A stretch of 64,000 nucleotides of DNA from Planctomycetota bacterium. GTDB taxonomy: Bacteria; Planctomycetota; Phycisphaerae; Phycisphaerales; SM1A02. Location of the stretch: contig CABYSN010000001.1 in assembly GCA_902521645.1 (NCBI GenBank), forward strand, positions 1,605-65,604. The letters run 5' to 3'. Shown here one piece after another: positions 45,600-54,829 of the stretch; within the stretch, counting starts at the first letter, position 1; every line of letters starts with the position of its first letter. A program made the translations under genes and the position numbers. The notes beneath the pieces were generated by a model. That model did not search any database. It saw nothing but the letters and a program-made list of their open reading frames with translations, and was not told the origin of the DNA.

Positions 45600-47870
45600 T
45601 CACTCTTCCACCTCCTCCGCGGCGTCCTTGATCACATCGCTTGATGGCCGGTCGATCCTCGGTCCAAGCTGCTGGATGTCCTCGGCGACGAGAAAGAGAA
45701 ACTCGCCGTTGGGCCAGTTGAATTCGACCGGGAGAAGACGAAGCATGCCGTCCAGAGTCGGAAGGTCGATTCTGGGATCGAGCCAGCCGCTCTTCTGCCA
45801 CCGAAGAAGCATCGGGTAGTTCACGAGAAGCAGATCGGTGCCGCGTTCCTGCAGTGCGGAGACCGCAGCTTCCGGATCGCCTTGATGGGTCTGCAGAATC
45901 GTCGCAAGCGGATGATCGTCCCAGACCGTGGTGTACTCATATCCTCGCGGTGAGAGGTAGGGAATCGAGTTTCCTATCGAGAGGATCGTCCTGTCCTCGG
46001 GGATCATCGACAGCAACGCATGTGAATTTCCACTCTTCAGCAGTTCGATTCTCTTCTCGCGATCGTCCTCCATGCGGACGAGGCGCGCGATCTGAAGGCC
46101 GGTGGCGAGATCCATTCGGCCGGTCATGGTGGCGGAGATCGAGATGCCCGGATCCTCGCTGCTGGTTCGAAGCAGTCGTTCGCTCTGAAAGAGAAGCACC
46201 GGCAGAAAACACCACATCACGAGCAGGCTGGCGATGACGGGTCGTCCCCGGCTCACCAGTGGGAGTCTTCCGGGAAGCATCAGGAAGATCGCGGCGACGA
46301 ACATCGGTACGCCCGGAACCAGAAAGCGGCTCTTCAAGTGTGTCGCGGAAAGCCAGAATGCGACGGCTGCTCCGATCATCATCAGCAGCAGCAACGCATT
46401 GCGGCGTGTCCTCCTGCGCATCACGCCCACCCCCAGTCCGATGCAGGCGAGAATCGGCAGGATCGACCATTGGGCCCGCCATGGTTCTCCACTCGCTTCG
46501 TAGGGATTGGCACCGATTCCGTATCGGAGGATCTGATTGAACGCTTCCACGAGGCGATCGAGTGGTCCCAGTGGCGAACCGTGGGCTGCGGCGAAACGCT
46601 GTGCCTGTTCCTCGCTGAAATGCCCCAGTCCGAAGAGTCCGGTCGCGAATGGGAACACGGGATTCCCCGTCGCGATCAGATTGCGCACGAGCCATGGAGC
46701 CAGAATGATCAGACCTGCCAGAGCCCCCATCGGGACGGCGTCACGCCAACCCTTTCGACCGGTCTTCCCGAGCATCAGAAGTCCGATCGGAACGGCGACG
46801 ATTCCCAGCGTGCTGAGTTTGGCCGCGCAGGCACTGGCCGCCAGCACTCCTGCCAGGATGCCGATCCTGAGTCGCTGCGTCCGATCGGTGATCTCGTGGG
46901 TGGCTGGTCCGGGTGCGAGAAGCAGCATCGCGGTCGCAAGCATGAAGGATGCGAACATCTCGTTGTAGGCGAGCGAACCGACCACGATCACCCATGGGGT
47001 TCCAAGCACCAGAGCGAAGCCGGCTCCCATCCAGCTGCGGTCGAACCATCGTCCGACCGCGGCAGCGGTCATCGCTGCCGTGAGCACGGCGAAGGTGGCA
47101 TGCAGAAGCTGTGCGGGAATCGTGCTGGAGAGCGAGCCTCCATTGAGATGCATCAGGTGGAGAAACCCGGTCTCGAACAGGTTCGGCATCGCGCTGTAGA
47201 CATTCCAGGTCGACGTGGTGATCCGTCCTTGTTCGAACCATTCTCTTGGAAGCTGCAGGTGATAGGCCATGGCGTCGTATCCGCCGAACTCCGTCTGCCA
47301 CAGCCATCCCGGTGCGGCGCAGGCCGCGACCAGCAGCACGACGAGGGCCGGTCCCGAGGTCCATGTCAGCGGGGGGAGCCAGCCATCGCTTGGTCCTATC
47401 TCCAATCGTCTGCTCGAGGTACGGATGCCCTGCGCCAGAAGAGCGACCCCCCCGATGGTGATGAGCCAGGCCGTCGTCGTGTCGAGAAGTCCCATCGATC
47501 CCAGGATCTGCGTGAGCCAGAGTTGGAGCGGGCTGCCAAGGCCGATGGTGGCGAGCAATCTGGTGCCACGTCCTGCTCCGACCGAGAGTTCTTCCGGTAT
47601 CCAGCGCAGGCACCAGACGCCATAGCCGCTGGCGGCGAGAATCCAAAGCCCGGTGGTGATGACCCCTCCCGCGAATGCCGAACCGAATCGCGTGAAGAGG
47701 CTGTCGTCTCCCGGAGTGGTGAATCCGCTCACCACGAAGAACGTTCCGATCAACAGCACCAGCAGCAGCACGGTTCCGATGTCTGCGAATCGGCTCGTCG
47801 GTCTCATCCCCGGAGGGCTCTTGGTCGGTACCTCTTCATGGCTCATCTCTTCGATTCTAGGGTCAGACAT
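45600..47870 (-). CDS. polytopic membrane protein, probable GT-C glycosyltransferase (PMT_2/ArnT-like)
   Basis: 756 aa; more than 12 TM helices, first-loop GGYDAMAYHLQ motif, soluble C-terminal domain. Confidence 0.4.
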   Translation of the reverse strand: MSDPRIEEMSHEEVPTKSPPGMRPTSRFADIGTVLLLVLLIGTFFVVSGFTTPGDDSLFTRFGSAFAGGVITTGLWILAASGYGVWCLRWIPEELSVGAGRGTRLLATIGLGSPLQLWLTQILGSMGLLDTTTAWLITIGGVALLAQGIRTSSRRLEIGPSDGWLPPLTWTSGPALVVLLVAACAAPGWLWQTEFGGYDAMAYHLQLPREWFEQGRITTSTWNVYSAMPNLFETGFLHLMHLNGGSLSSTIPAQLLHATFAVLTAAMTAAAVGRWFDRSWMGAGFALVLGTPWVIVVGSLAYNEMFASFMLATAMLLLAPGPATHEITDRTQRLRIGILAGVLAASACAAKLSTLGIVAVPIGLLMLGKTGRKGWRDAVPMGALAGLIILAPWLVRNLIATGNPVFPFATGLFGLGHFSEEQAQRFAAAHGSPLGPLDRLVEAFNQILRYGIGANPYEASGEPWRAQWSILPILACIGLGVGVMRRRTRRNALLLLMMIGAAVAFWLSATHLKSRFLVPGVPMFVAAIFLMLPGRLPLVSRGRPVIASLLVMWCFLPVLLFQSERLLRTSSEDPGISISATMTGRMDLATGLQIARLVRMEDDREKRIELLKSGNSHALLSMIPEDRTILSIGNSIPYLSPRGYEYTTVWDDHPLATILQTHQGDPEAAVSALQERGTDLLLVNYPMLLRWQKSGWLDPRIDLPTLDGMLRLLPVEFNWPNGEFLFLVAEDIQQLGPRIDRPSSDVIKDAAEEVEE

Positions 47871-47897
47871 TCAAATCGGGGCAAGATCGCACTCTGG

Positions 47898-47914
47898 TTG
47901 GCCCGGCACTTGCA
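47898..47914 (+). promoter_or_regulatory. sigma-54 (RpoN) promoter upstream of flgI
   Basis: TTGGCCCGGCACTTGCA versus consensus YTGGCACGrNNNTTGCW: one mismatch, exact GG-N10-GC spacing (GG 47900-01, GC 47912-13). Confidence 0.65.
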
Positions 47915-47955
47915 TGAAGTCCTCCGAATCACACCAGAAGGACAGGAGGTCCGAC

Positions 47956-49119
47956 GTGTTCCGGCATAATTTGCTTCTTTCCACCCTGCTCGTCACCACT
48001 TTCACGGGATTCGAATCGATCGCTTGCGCACAATCTGCGCGAAGCGGTATCTCGATCGGCTCTCTGACGGACGTGGTCAATCGAGATGGAACTGGTGACA
48101 AACTCATCGGTTATGGCGTCGTGAGTGGTCTCAACGGGACTGGAGATGATTTCTCCAAGTCGCCCTCGCTCGCCGAGAGTTACATGACTCTGCTTCAGAA
48201 TCTCGATGTTCCGGGGCTTGACCAGCTTTCTCTGAGCCGTCAGAAAAGTTTCGCGGTGGTCATCGTCACCTCGGATGTCCCCTACACCGCGGGGCTTGGT
48301 GACGATCTGGACATTTCCATCACAAGCGCCTTCGATGCGGAGAGCCTGGCCGGTGGTCGGCTCGATTACGCGATTCTGAAGCCTCCGGGGTTCTCCAATG
48401 CGGATGCCCCGATCCTGGCGACGGTGGTGGGTGCTCCCATTCCCTCGGTCCTCCCCAATCCGGTGCGGACCGGTCTCATGGATGCCGCTCGCGTCCAGAT
48501 CATCGAGCCTTTCAGGCAGCAGGACATGTTCACCATCGACCCGGTCGACGGTTCGATCTGCTTCACCTTCAGACTTCATGCTCCCTGGGCGACCTCTGGC
48601 GTCGCGGCGCGTGAGATCGTGAATGCGATCGAGGAACAGTTCGAATTCGAAAGAGTGAAGGCATCGGTGCGTGCGGACGGTCGAGTGACCGTGCATTTCC
48701 CCGAGACCGTCGACGATGTCGGAAAACGGATCGACTTCATGAGTCAGGTCGAGCAGGTGCGGATCGACGAGCGGCTCGTCACCCGCAACGCCAACACGAT
48801 CTTTCTCGACCGGGTGAAGGGCCTTGTCGTCGTCGGAGCGGGTGTCCGCTTCCTTCCGACTCTGGTGTCCGTCGAGGGGCTCGAGCATGTGACCATCCAG
48901 CCGAAACCCGAGCCCAATGCATTCGACCCGCTTGTGACCACCGAGTCCTCCGTGGGTCTCGCCACTCAGGCCGGTGAACTGGGTGATGCGCGTCTTCGCG
49001 AGCTGGTCGATCAGATGCGCAAGCTGCAGGTCCCGGTCTCGAAGCAGATCGATGTGATCGTGAGTCTTCGGCTCAGCGGTTCGCTGCTCAACGTCGATGT
49101 CTGGGAGGTGGTCGAATGA
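47956..49119 (+). CDS. flgI: flagellar P-ring protein FlgI
   Basis: Start re-set to the GTG at 47956 (AGGAGG 6 nt upstream, downstream of the sigma-54 promoter); signal peptide; KLIGYGVVSGLNGTGD signature. Confidence 0.85.
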   Translation: MFRHNLLLSTLLVTTFTGFESIACAQSARSGISIGSLTDVVNRDGTGDKLIGYGVVSGLNGTGDDFSKSPSLAESYMTLLQNLDVPGLDQLSLSRQKSFAVVIVTSDVPYTAGLGDDLDISITSAFDAESLAGGRLDYAILKPPGFSNADAPILATVVGAPIPSVLPNPVRTGLMDAARVQIIEPFRQQDMFTIDPVDGSICFTFRLHAPWATSGVAAREIVNAIEEQFEFERVKASVRADGRVTVHFPETVDDVGKRIDFMSQVEQVRIDERLVTRNANTIFLDRVKGLVVVGAGVRFLPTLVSVEGLEHVTIQPKPEPNAFDPLVTTESSVGLATQAGELGDARLRELVDQMRKLQVPVSKQIDVIVSLRLSGSLLNVDVWEVVE

Positions 49120-49514
49120 TTTCCGCCATCTCCGCCGATCTTCCCGTCTTCGGTTCGACCTCCGCGCAGGTCTCCCCGATGGTCCAGGGTTCCCGTGACA
49201 CTCCCGATTCCTTCGAGGATCTCGTGGCCCGCTTCGCCTCGACCGAGGCCGGTGAAAAGCAGGTCGAGACGATCCGCGAGGAGTCCCGCAAGCTCGTGGC
49301 CGAAGCGTTCATCACGCCGATCCTGGCCAAGATCCGTGAGAACAACCAGGCCGCCGCGCCTTTCGGGACCACCGACGCTGAAAAACGTTTCGGTCCCATC
49401 TACGACCGAGCCGTCGCCGATGCGATGTCGCGCCCGGATCGTTTCCCCATGGTCGAGTCCGTCGAGCGTTACATGCTCCGGCGCATCGTTCCGCAGAGAG
49501 AGGTGGTCGCATGA
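49116..49514 (+). CDS. flgJ: flagellar rod-binding protein (FlgJ N-terminal-domain-like, no muramidase domain)
   Basis: 132 aa; LVAEAFITPILAKIRE...FGPIYDRAVADAMS resembles the Rod_binding domain; ATGA overlap with flgI. Confidence 0.55.
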   Translation: MISAISADLPVFGSTSAQVSPMVQGSRDTPDSFEDLVARFASTEAGEKQVETIREESRKLVAEAFITPILAKIRENNQAAAPFGTTDAEKRFGPIYDRAVADAMSRPDRFPMVESVERYMLRRIVPQREVVA

Positions 49515-50038
49515 CCTCGAACAAGGCGAGTGACGTTCTTTCCGAGGGTTTTCGCAGGCTCGAGCAGCTCCTCGACGATCAGTGCGGGCAGTATCGACGC
49601 ATCGAGGAGATCGTCGATGCCCAGCGCGAGTCGCTTCGCGCCGCCGACGTCGAGTCTCTGGTCGCGCTGTCCGCAGAGGAACGCGGCCTTCTGGAGAAGA
49701 TCCGCGTGATCGATCACCGTCGGGTCGAGCTGGTCTCGGCCATCGCCGCGGAGATCGGGCTCACGACGAAGTCCTCTCCGGCTCTTTCCGATCTCATCGA
49801 GCACTCCGGTGCCAGGCGTGGCAGGCTGGTGACGGTCGCCGACGAGCTTCGGCAGTTGATCGCGAAGACCAGGGCGGCAAGCCGTGTCGTTCGAACCGCG
49901 GCCGAGGGTCTTGCGCGTCACATGCAGGGAATCGTCCAGTCCGTCGAGCAGGGACTCAGCCGCTCCGGAATCTACGAAAGAACAGGGAGGATCGTCAGCG
50001 GGCCTTCGCGACATTCCTCGATCGACATTAGGAGCTGA
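49511..50038 (+). CDS. flgN: FlgN-like flagellar export chaperone
   Basis: 175 aa helical protein immediately upstream of flgK; LEQLLDDQCGQYRRIEEIVDAQRESL pattern as in the FlgN family. Confidence 0.45.
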   Translation: MTSNKASDVLSEGFRRLEQLLDDQCGQYRRIEEIVDAQRESLRAADVESLVALSAEERGLLEKIRVIDHRRVELVSAIAAEIGLTTKSSPALSDLIEHSGARRGRLVTVADELRQLIAKTRAASRVVRTAAEGLARHMQGIVQSVEQGLSRSGIYERTGRIVSGPSRHSSIDIRS

Positions 50039-50043
50039 AACGC

Positions 50044-51738
50044 ATGAGTCTCAACGGTGCACTTCAAGTCGGACAGTCCGCCATTCTCGCCTCGCAGGCG
50101 GCGATCGGCGTGGCCGGCAACAACATGGCCAATGCCGCGACGCCGGGATATCACAGGCAGCGCATCGGGATCATCCCGGGAAGTCCTGAGAGCATCGGGC
50201 GGGGCCAGTTCATCGGAACGGGTGTCCAGATCGGTTCGATCACCCGGCAGATCGATGTGGCTCTCCAGGCTCGACTCAGATCGGCCATCGGGGATCAGGC
50301 CGGTGCGGCGATCGATCAGAGTTTCCTCTCGTCAATCGAGATGCTGCAGGGCGAACTCAGTGATTCCGACATCTCTTCGGAACTCTCGGCGTTCTTCAAC
50401 AGCTGGTCGGAACTTGCCAACAACCCCGGTGACAGCGGCATGCGTTCGCTCGTTCTCCAGCAGGGGGAAAGTCTGGCCGGCGGGCTCAGGCAGCTTCGTG
50501 AGGATTACAACGTGCTTCGTGAAGAGGCCGACAGGGGGCTCGCCGTCTCGGTCGAACGTGCGGATGCCATTCTCGATCAGATCGCCGAACTCAACGTCCA
50601 GATCGCGGAGACCGAAGGTGGTGTCGGACAGGCCAACACCCTGAGAGATCAGCGTGATTCCCTCGTGAACGAGATTTCGGAGATGTTCGATGTCACCACC
50701 ATCGACCAGGCCAATGGTGCGGTCGACGTCCTGGTTGGTTCGATGCCCGTCGTCATCGCGGGTGAATCCCGCGGAATCACGATGCGCACCGAGGCCAAGG
50801 ACGGTGTCATGGAGGTTTCCATCCGGGTCAAGGCCGATGGAAGTGATCTCGTCATCTCGAGCGGTGCGATCGGCGGTCTTCTTCGTCAGCGAGCCGAGAC
50901 GATCGATCCTGCCATCGAGCGCATCGACACGTTCGCCAGCGAACTGATCCATCAGGTCAATCGGATTCATTCTCAAGGGCAGGGGACATCGGGTTGGACC
51001 TCGGTCACGAGTCAATACGCGGTCGAGGACACCTCGGTCGCCCTCGGTGCCTCCGATTCGGGCGTTCCCTTCACGATCGAAAACGGCAGTTTCTTCATCA
51101 CCGTGACCAACACCGCGACCGGTGCCGATTCCACCCACATGATCCAGGTCGATCCCTCGAGCACGTCTCTTGACGATCTCCGCGCCCAGATCTCGCTCGA
51201 GCTCGCCGGAACCGGCGCAACCGCGACGGTCGGTGCCGATGGCCGGCTCACCATCGACGCACCTGCAGGCAGTGAGATCGGATTCAGTGATGATTCGAGC
51301 GGGGCACTCGCCGCGCTGGGCATCAATTCATTCTTCCAGGGGACCAGTGCGGTCGACATCGCGGTGAGCGAATCGCTTTCGGGGCAGCCTTCGCTGCTGG
51401 CCACGGGAAGTGGATTCATCGAGGGGTCCAATGCGACCGCGCTGGCGATGGTCGAGCTCCGTGAAATGAGTCTTGGCTCGCTTTCCGGGCGAAGTCTTCA
51501 GGAATACTGGCAGGCCGGCGTCAATGAGCTCGCCGTGCGCACTGATGCCGCCAACACCAGACTTCAGGGCGCCTCGCTGGTTCGAGACAGTCTCGAGGTC
51601 CAGAACGCCTCGGTCAGCGGTGTCTCGCTCGATGAAGAAGCGATCGATCTCCTCAGTTACCAACGTCAGTTCCAGGCAGCCGCTCGTTATCTCAGCATCA
51701 TCGACGAGACTCTTCAGTCTCTGTTGGCGATCGTCTGA
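50044..51738 (+). CDS. flgK: flagellar hook-associated protein 1
   Basis: 564 aa; N-terminus SLNGALQVGQSAILASQAAIGVAGNNMANAATPGYHRQ; conserved C-terminus VSLDEEAIDLLSYQRQFQAAARY. Confidence 0.88.
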   Translation: MSLNGALQVGQSAILASQAAIGVAGNNMANAATPGYHRQRIGIIPGSPESIGRGQFIGTGVQIGSITRQIDVALQARLRSAIGDQAGAAIDQSFLSSIEMLQGELSDSDISSELSAFFNSWSELANNPGDSGMRSLVLQQGESLAGGLRQLREDYNVLREEADRGLAVSVERADAILDQIAELNVQIAETEGGVGQANTLRDQRDSLVNEISEMFDVTTIDQANGAVDVLVGSMPVVIAGESRGITMRTEAKDGVMEVSIRVKADGSDLVISSGAIGGLLRQRAETIDPAIERIDTFASELIHQVNRIHSQGQGTSGWTSVTSQYAVEDTSVALGASDSGVPFTIENGSFFITVTNTATGADSTHMIQVDPSSTSLDDLRAQISLELAGTGATATVGADGRLTIDAPAGSEIGFSDDSSGALAALGINSFFQGTSAVDIAVSESLSGQPSLLATGSGFIEGSNATALAMVELREMSLGSLSGRSLQEYWQAGVNELAVRTDAANTRLQGASLVRDSLEVQNASVSGVSLDEEAIDLLSYQRQFQAAARYLSIIDETLQSLLAIV

Positions 51739-51759
51739 TCAGTTCGAAGGATTTTCAAG

Positions 51760-53736
51760 ATGGCCATCGTCTCAAGTTCAATCGCCCGCGTGCCGAATCT
51801 CCTTTCCAGCCAGATGATGCTTGGGAACCTCACGCGAACGAGCACCAGTCTCTTGAATCTCCAGTCGCAGCTTGCGACCGGCGTGCGCGTTCTCAGGCCT
51901 TCCATCGATCCCGTCGCCTCCGCGACGATCGGTTCACTCGACTTCGCCCTGGAGTGTCGCGCGCAGCACCTTCGAAATCTTCAACAGGCCGATTCGATGC
52001 TTTCGGCGGTGGATCAGTCGCTTGGTGACATCAACGATCTCATTCTCGAAGCCAAGGGGATCGGGCTTTCGCAGATCGGCGTCGGTTCCGATGCGGAGAC
52101 CCGGGCGAATCAGGCTCAGGTGATCGATTCGGTCATCCAGTCTCTCGTCGACATCACGAATCGTGATCAGAGTGGCATTCATTTCTTCGGTGGAGAAGCG
52201 ATCTCCCAGGGGCCGCTCTCCGAGATGTACGGCTTCTACCGCTACACCGGTTTCGGTGATTCGATGCATACGGATCTGGGCATGACTTCCGGTGTCGGCA
52301 TCACCGTGTCTGCGGAGGAGGCGCTTGGAACCATGAGTTCCCGCATGCGAGGACTCGAGGATCTTGATCCCGGTCTGAACGCCGAAACGCTGCTGGAGGA
52401 TGTCCGCGGTGCACGCGGCCTCGGGGTCGAGGCCTCGACGATCATGGTGACTGTGAATGGCACCGAGCTCACCGTGGACCTCAGCGATGCCAATACCGTC
52501 GGAGATGTCGTGGATGAGTTGCAGCTCGCGATCAAGTCCGTCGACGTGTTCGCCTCGGTTTCGATCCAGGGTGGTTCGCTTTCGATCACGCCGACGCTCG
52601 GACCAATCTCCTTCTCCGATCCTGAGTCCAGCACCATGGCCGCCGATCTCGGCATCGAGGGTTCGTTCATCTCGGGCGTCACGCTCACCGGTGGCGACCT
52701 CGATCCGAAACTGACCGAGCAGACCGCGATCTCCGATCTCGCCGGAATCTCGCTTCCGATGGGCAGCATTCGAATCGAGAATGCCGGTCAGATTCGTGAG
52801 GTGGATCTTTCCGGAGTCACCACCATCGGTGAGCTTCAGAATGCCATTGAAGCACTTGAAATCGGCGTCCGGGTCGAAGTGGATGACGATGGTCGGCGCA
52901 TCAATTTCAGAAACGAGCTCTCAGGGGCCTCGATGTCGATTTCCGAAGTGGCGGGGGGCCAGACCGCAACGGAGCTCGGGATACGCACCTTCAGTGGTGG
53001 CACCGAGCTGGCTGACTTCAATGGTGGGCGCGGAGTCGGTTCCGTGAGCGGTGGCTTCGATCCGGTGACAGGGCTTCCGGATCCGCAGCTCGACATTGAC
53101 TTCCAGGTGACGCTCTCCGACGGGTCCTCCTTCGGCGTCGACATCACCGGAGCGCTCACCGTCGATGACGTGCTCGCGGCGATCAACACCGCGGCCACCG
53201 GAGCGGGGCTCACGGTTCCCACGGACTTCGACGCCCGACTCGCGGCGGATGGCAATGGGATCCAGCTGGTCGATGGGACCGGTGGTGCAGGCGATCTCTC
53301 CGTCGAGCGGATGAACAACAGCTCCGCGGCCGAGGATCTCGGCATTCTGGGAACGGCCGAGGGGGCGGTTCTTGCCGGTTCCGATCAGGCACAAGTTGCC
53401 TCGGATGGTCTTCTTTCCCACCTGATCATGCTCAGAGACGCCCTTTTGGCCAATGACGAGTCAGGCATCGCGTTTGCAACAGAACAACTGGATGACGACA
53501 CCTTGAGGGCCGCGGAGGCCCGAGCGGAGGTCGGCGTCCGGAGTCGGCGGATCCTGGATTCACTGGCTCGTGAGGAGGACCGTTCGGTCCAGGATCAAGC
53601 GCTCAGGTCGGATGTACGTGACCTGGACTTTGCTGAAGCGGCGACGAAATTCGCTCTCCTCGAACAACAGCTGCAGGCGAGCATGGCCACGATCAGTCGC
53701 ACGCAGCAACTCAGTCTTCTCGACTTCCTGAGATAG
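51760..53736 (+). CDS. flgL: flagellar hook-associated protein 3 (flagellin-fold junction protein), unusually long
   Basis: 658 aa; flagellin-N-like LQSQLATGVRVLRPSIDPVA, C-terminal DLDFAEAATKFALLEQQLQASM; located after flgK. Confidence 0.7.
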   Translation: MAIVSSSIARVPNLLSSQMMLGNLTRTSTSLLNLQSQLATGVRVLRPSIDPVASATIGSLDFALECRAQHLRNLQQADSMLSAVDQSLGDINDLILEAKGIGLSQIGVGSDAETRANQAQVIDSVIQSLVDITNRDQSGIHFFGGEAISQGPLSEMYGFYRYTGFGDSMHTDLGMTSGVGITVSAEEALGTMSSRMRGLEDLDPGLNAETLLEDVRGARGLGVEASTIMVTVNGTELTVDLSDANTVGDVVDELQLAIKSVDVFASVSIQGGSLSITPTLGPISFSDPESSTMAADLGIEGSFISGVTLTGGDLDPKLTEQTAISDLAGISLPMGSIRIENAGQIREVDLSGVTTIGELQNAIEALEIGVRVEVDDDGRRINFRNELSGASMSISEVAGGQTATELGIRTFSGGTELADFNGGRGVGSVSGGFDPVTGLPDPQLDIDFQVTLSDGSSFGVDITGALTVDDVLAAINTAATGAGLTVPTDFDARLAADGNGIQLVDGTGGAGDLSVERMNNSSAAEDLGILGTAEGAVLAGSDQAQVASDGLLSHLIMLRDALLANDESGIAFATEQLDDDTLRAAEARAEVGVRSRRILDSLAREEDRSVQDQALRSDVRDLDFAEAATKFALLEQQLQASMATISRTQQLSLLDFLR

Positions 53737-53880
53737 GAAGTCTTCTCTCCCCGCACGTTGCGGGAAAACTCCTTCGGCCCCGGCCGGTCGCGGGAGTATG
53801 ACAGGAGGTCAGCGTCGGATCCCGTGAGGGTGACGTCGAGACCAAGGAATGGTTGGCCGCGATGCATTCGGAGTGACCAA

Positions 53881-54327
53881 GTGCACATTGAAACGACACG
53901 ATTTGGCAACGTAGAGGTCGACGATTCACGGATCGTCTCCTTCCCGTCCGGACTGCTGGGTTTCTCCAGCTTCCGACGATTCGTCCTTCTCCAGCCCGAT
54001 GACGACGGCGTGTTCTACTGGCTTCAGTCGGTGGAATCCCCCGATCTCGCATTCGTGGTGACCGATCCCTCGCTCTGGACTCCGGAGTACAAGGCGAACA
54101 TCCGTCGAGAACAGATGGATGAGCTCAGCCTGGGAGAGATCGGTGACGCGCAGGTGCTCGCCATCGTCAACAAGCGTGACGACAAGCTCACGCTCAATCT
54201 CCAGGGGCCATTGGTGATCAACATCGCCAACTGCACCGGGATGCAACTGGTCCTCGCCGACAAGCGCTGGTCCACGCGTCAGGAGATCGTTCGTCTTGAA
54301 GATACGGCTCGCGCCGTGTCGGCCTGA
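53881..54327 (+). CDS. fliW: flagellar assembly factor FliW
   Basis: Start set to the GTG at 53881 (GGAG 7 nt upstream); HIETTRFGNVEVDDSRIVSFPSGLLGFSSFRRFVLL parallels the B. subtilis FliW N-terminus. Confidence 0.85.
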   Translation: MHIETTRFGNVEVDDSRIVSFPSGLLGFSSFRRFVLLQPDDDGVFYWLQSVESPDLAFVVTDPSLWTPEYKANIRREQMDELSLGEIGDAQVLAIVNKRDDKLTLNLQGPLVINIANCTGMQLVLADKRWSTRQEIVRLEDTARAVSA

Positions 54328-54445
54328 CCTGGTGGTCGTTCCACCATGTGGTCTCCGATTCGTCGGATGACCGTTTTCGGCCTTCATCGGAGGCCGCCGC
54401 GGATGGATCCGCGGAAGATTCAAGTTCCAAGGAAGGAGCTGCCAG

Positions 54446-54754
54446 ATGTTGGTGCTTTCAAGACAGCGCGATGAAACAATCATGATCGGCGATGAGATCG
54501 AACTCACGATCGTCGACATCCGGGGTGACAAGGTGCGGATCGGCATCCAGGCCCCGGCGACCGTCGCCGTACACCGTAAAGAGGTGTACGAGGCGATCAA
54601 GCGTGAAAACGAGCAGGCCGCGAGTTATCGCGGTGGACTCGAGGAATTGAAGCGCGGGCTCGGTGCCTGTGCGGAACGAACTGCGGGCGGGACGGTCCTG
54701 CCCAAGGCTGCAAAGATCGCAGCTCGGACTCCAGAGGCACGGGAGAGTGCCTGA
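54446..54754 (+). CDS. csrA: carbon storage regulator CsrA (FliW-partnered type, long C-terminal tail)
   Basis: [49 protein letters not shown] is canonical CsrA; 102 aa in total. Confidence 0.92.
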   Translation: MLVLSRQRDETIMIGDEIELTIVDIRGDKVRIGIQAPATVAVHRKEVYEAIKRENEQAASYRGGLEELKRGLGACAERTAGGTVLPKAAKIAARTPEARESA

Positions 54755-54813
54755 CTCCGCTCGCAACCCTGAGTCGACTTCGAGCGTCGGCTCGCAGGGA
54801 CTCCAGCCATCCA

Positions 54814-54823
54814 TCACGGAGGA
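54814..54823 (+). promoter_or_regulatory. putative CsrA-binding site overlapping the flagellin-1 Shine-Dalgarno
   Basis: TCACGGAGGA ends 6 nt before the ATG; the identical 10-mer sits at identical spacing before flagellin 2. Confidence 0.55.
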
Positions 54824-54829
54824 TTATCC

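Noticed and set aside
47653-47955. The longer flgI ORF offered by the ORF track (start 47653) and the ATG at 47914
   Set aside because: The extension overlaps the divergent glycosyltransferase gene and its translation has no FlgI similarity. The ATG at 47914 lies inside the sigma-54 promoter. The GTG at 47956 has a strong SD and yields a proper signal peptide.
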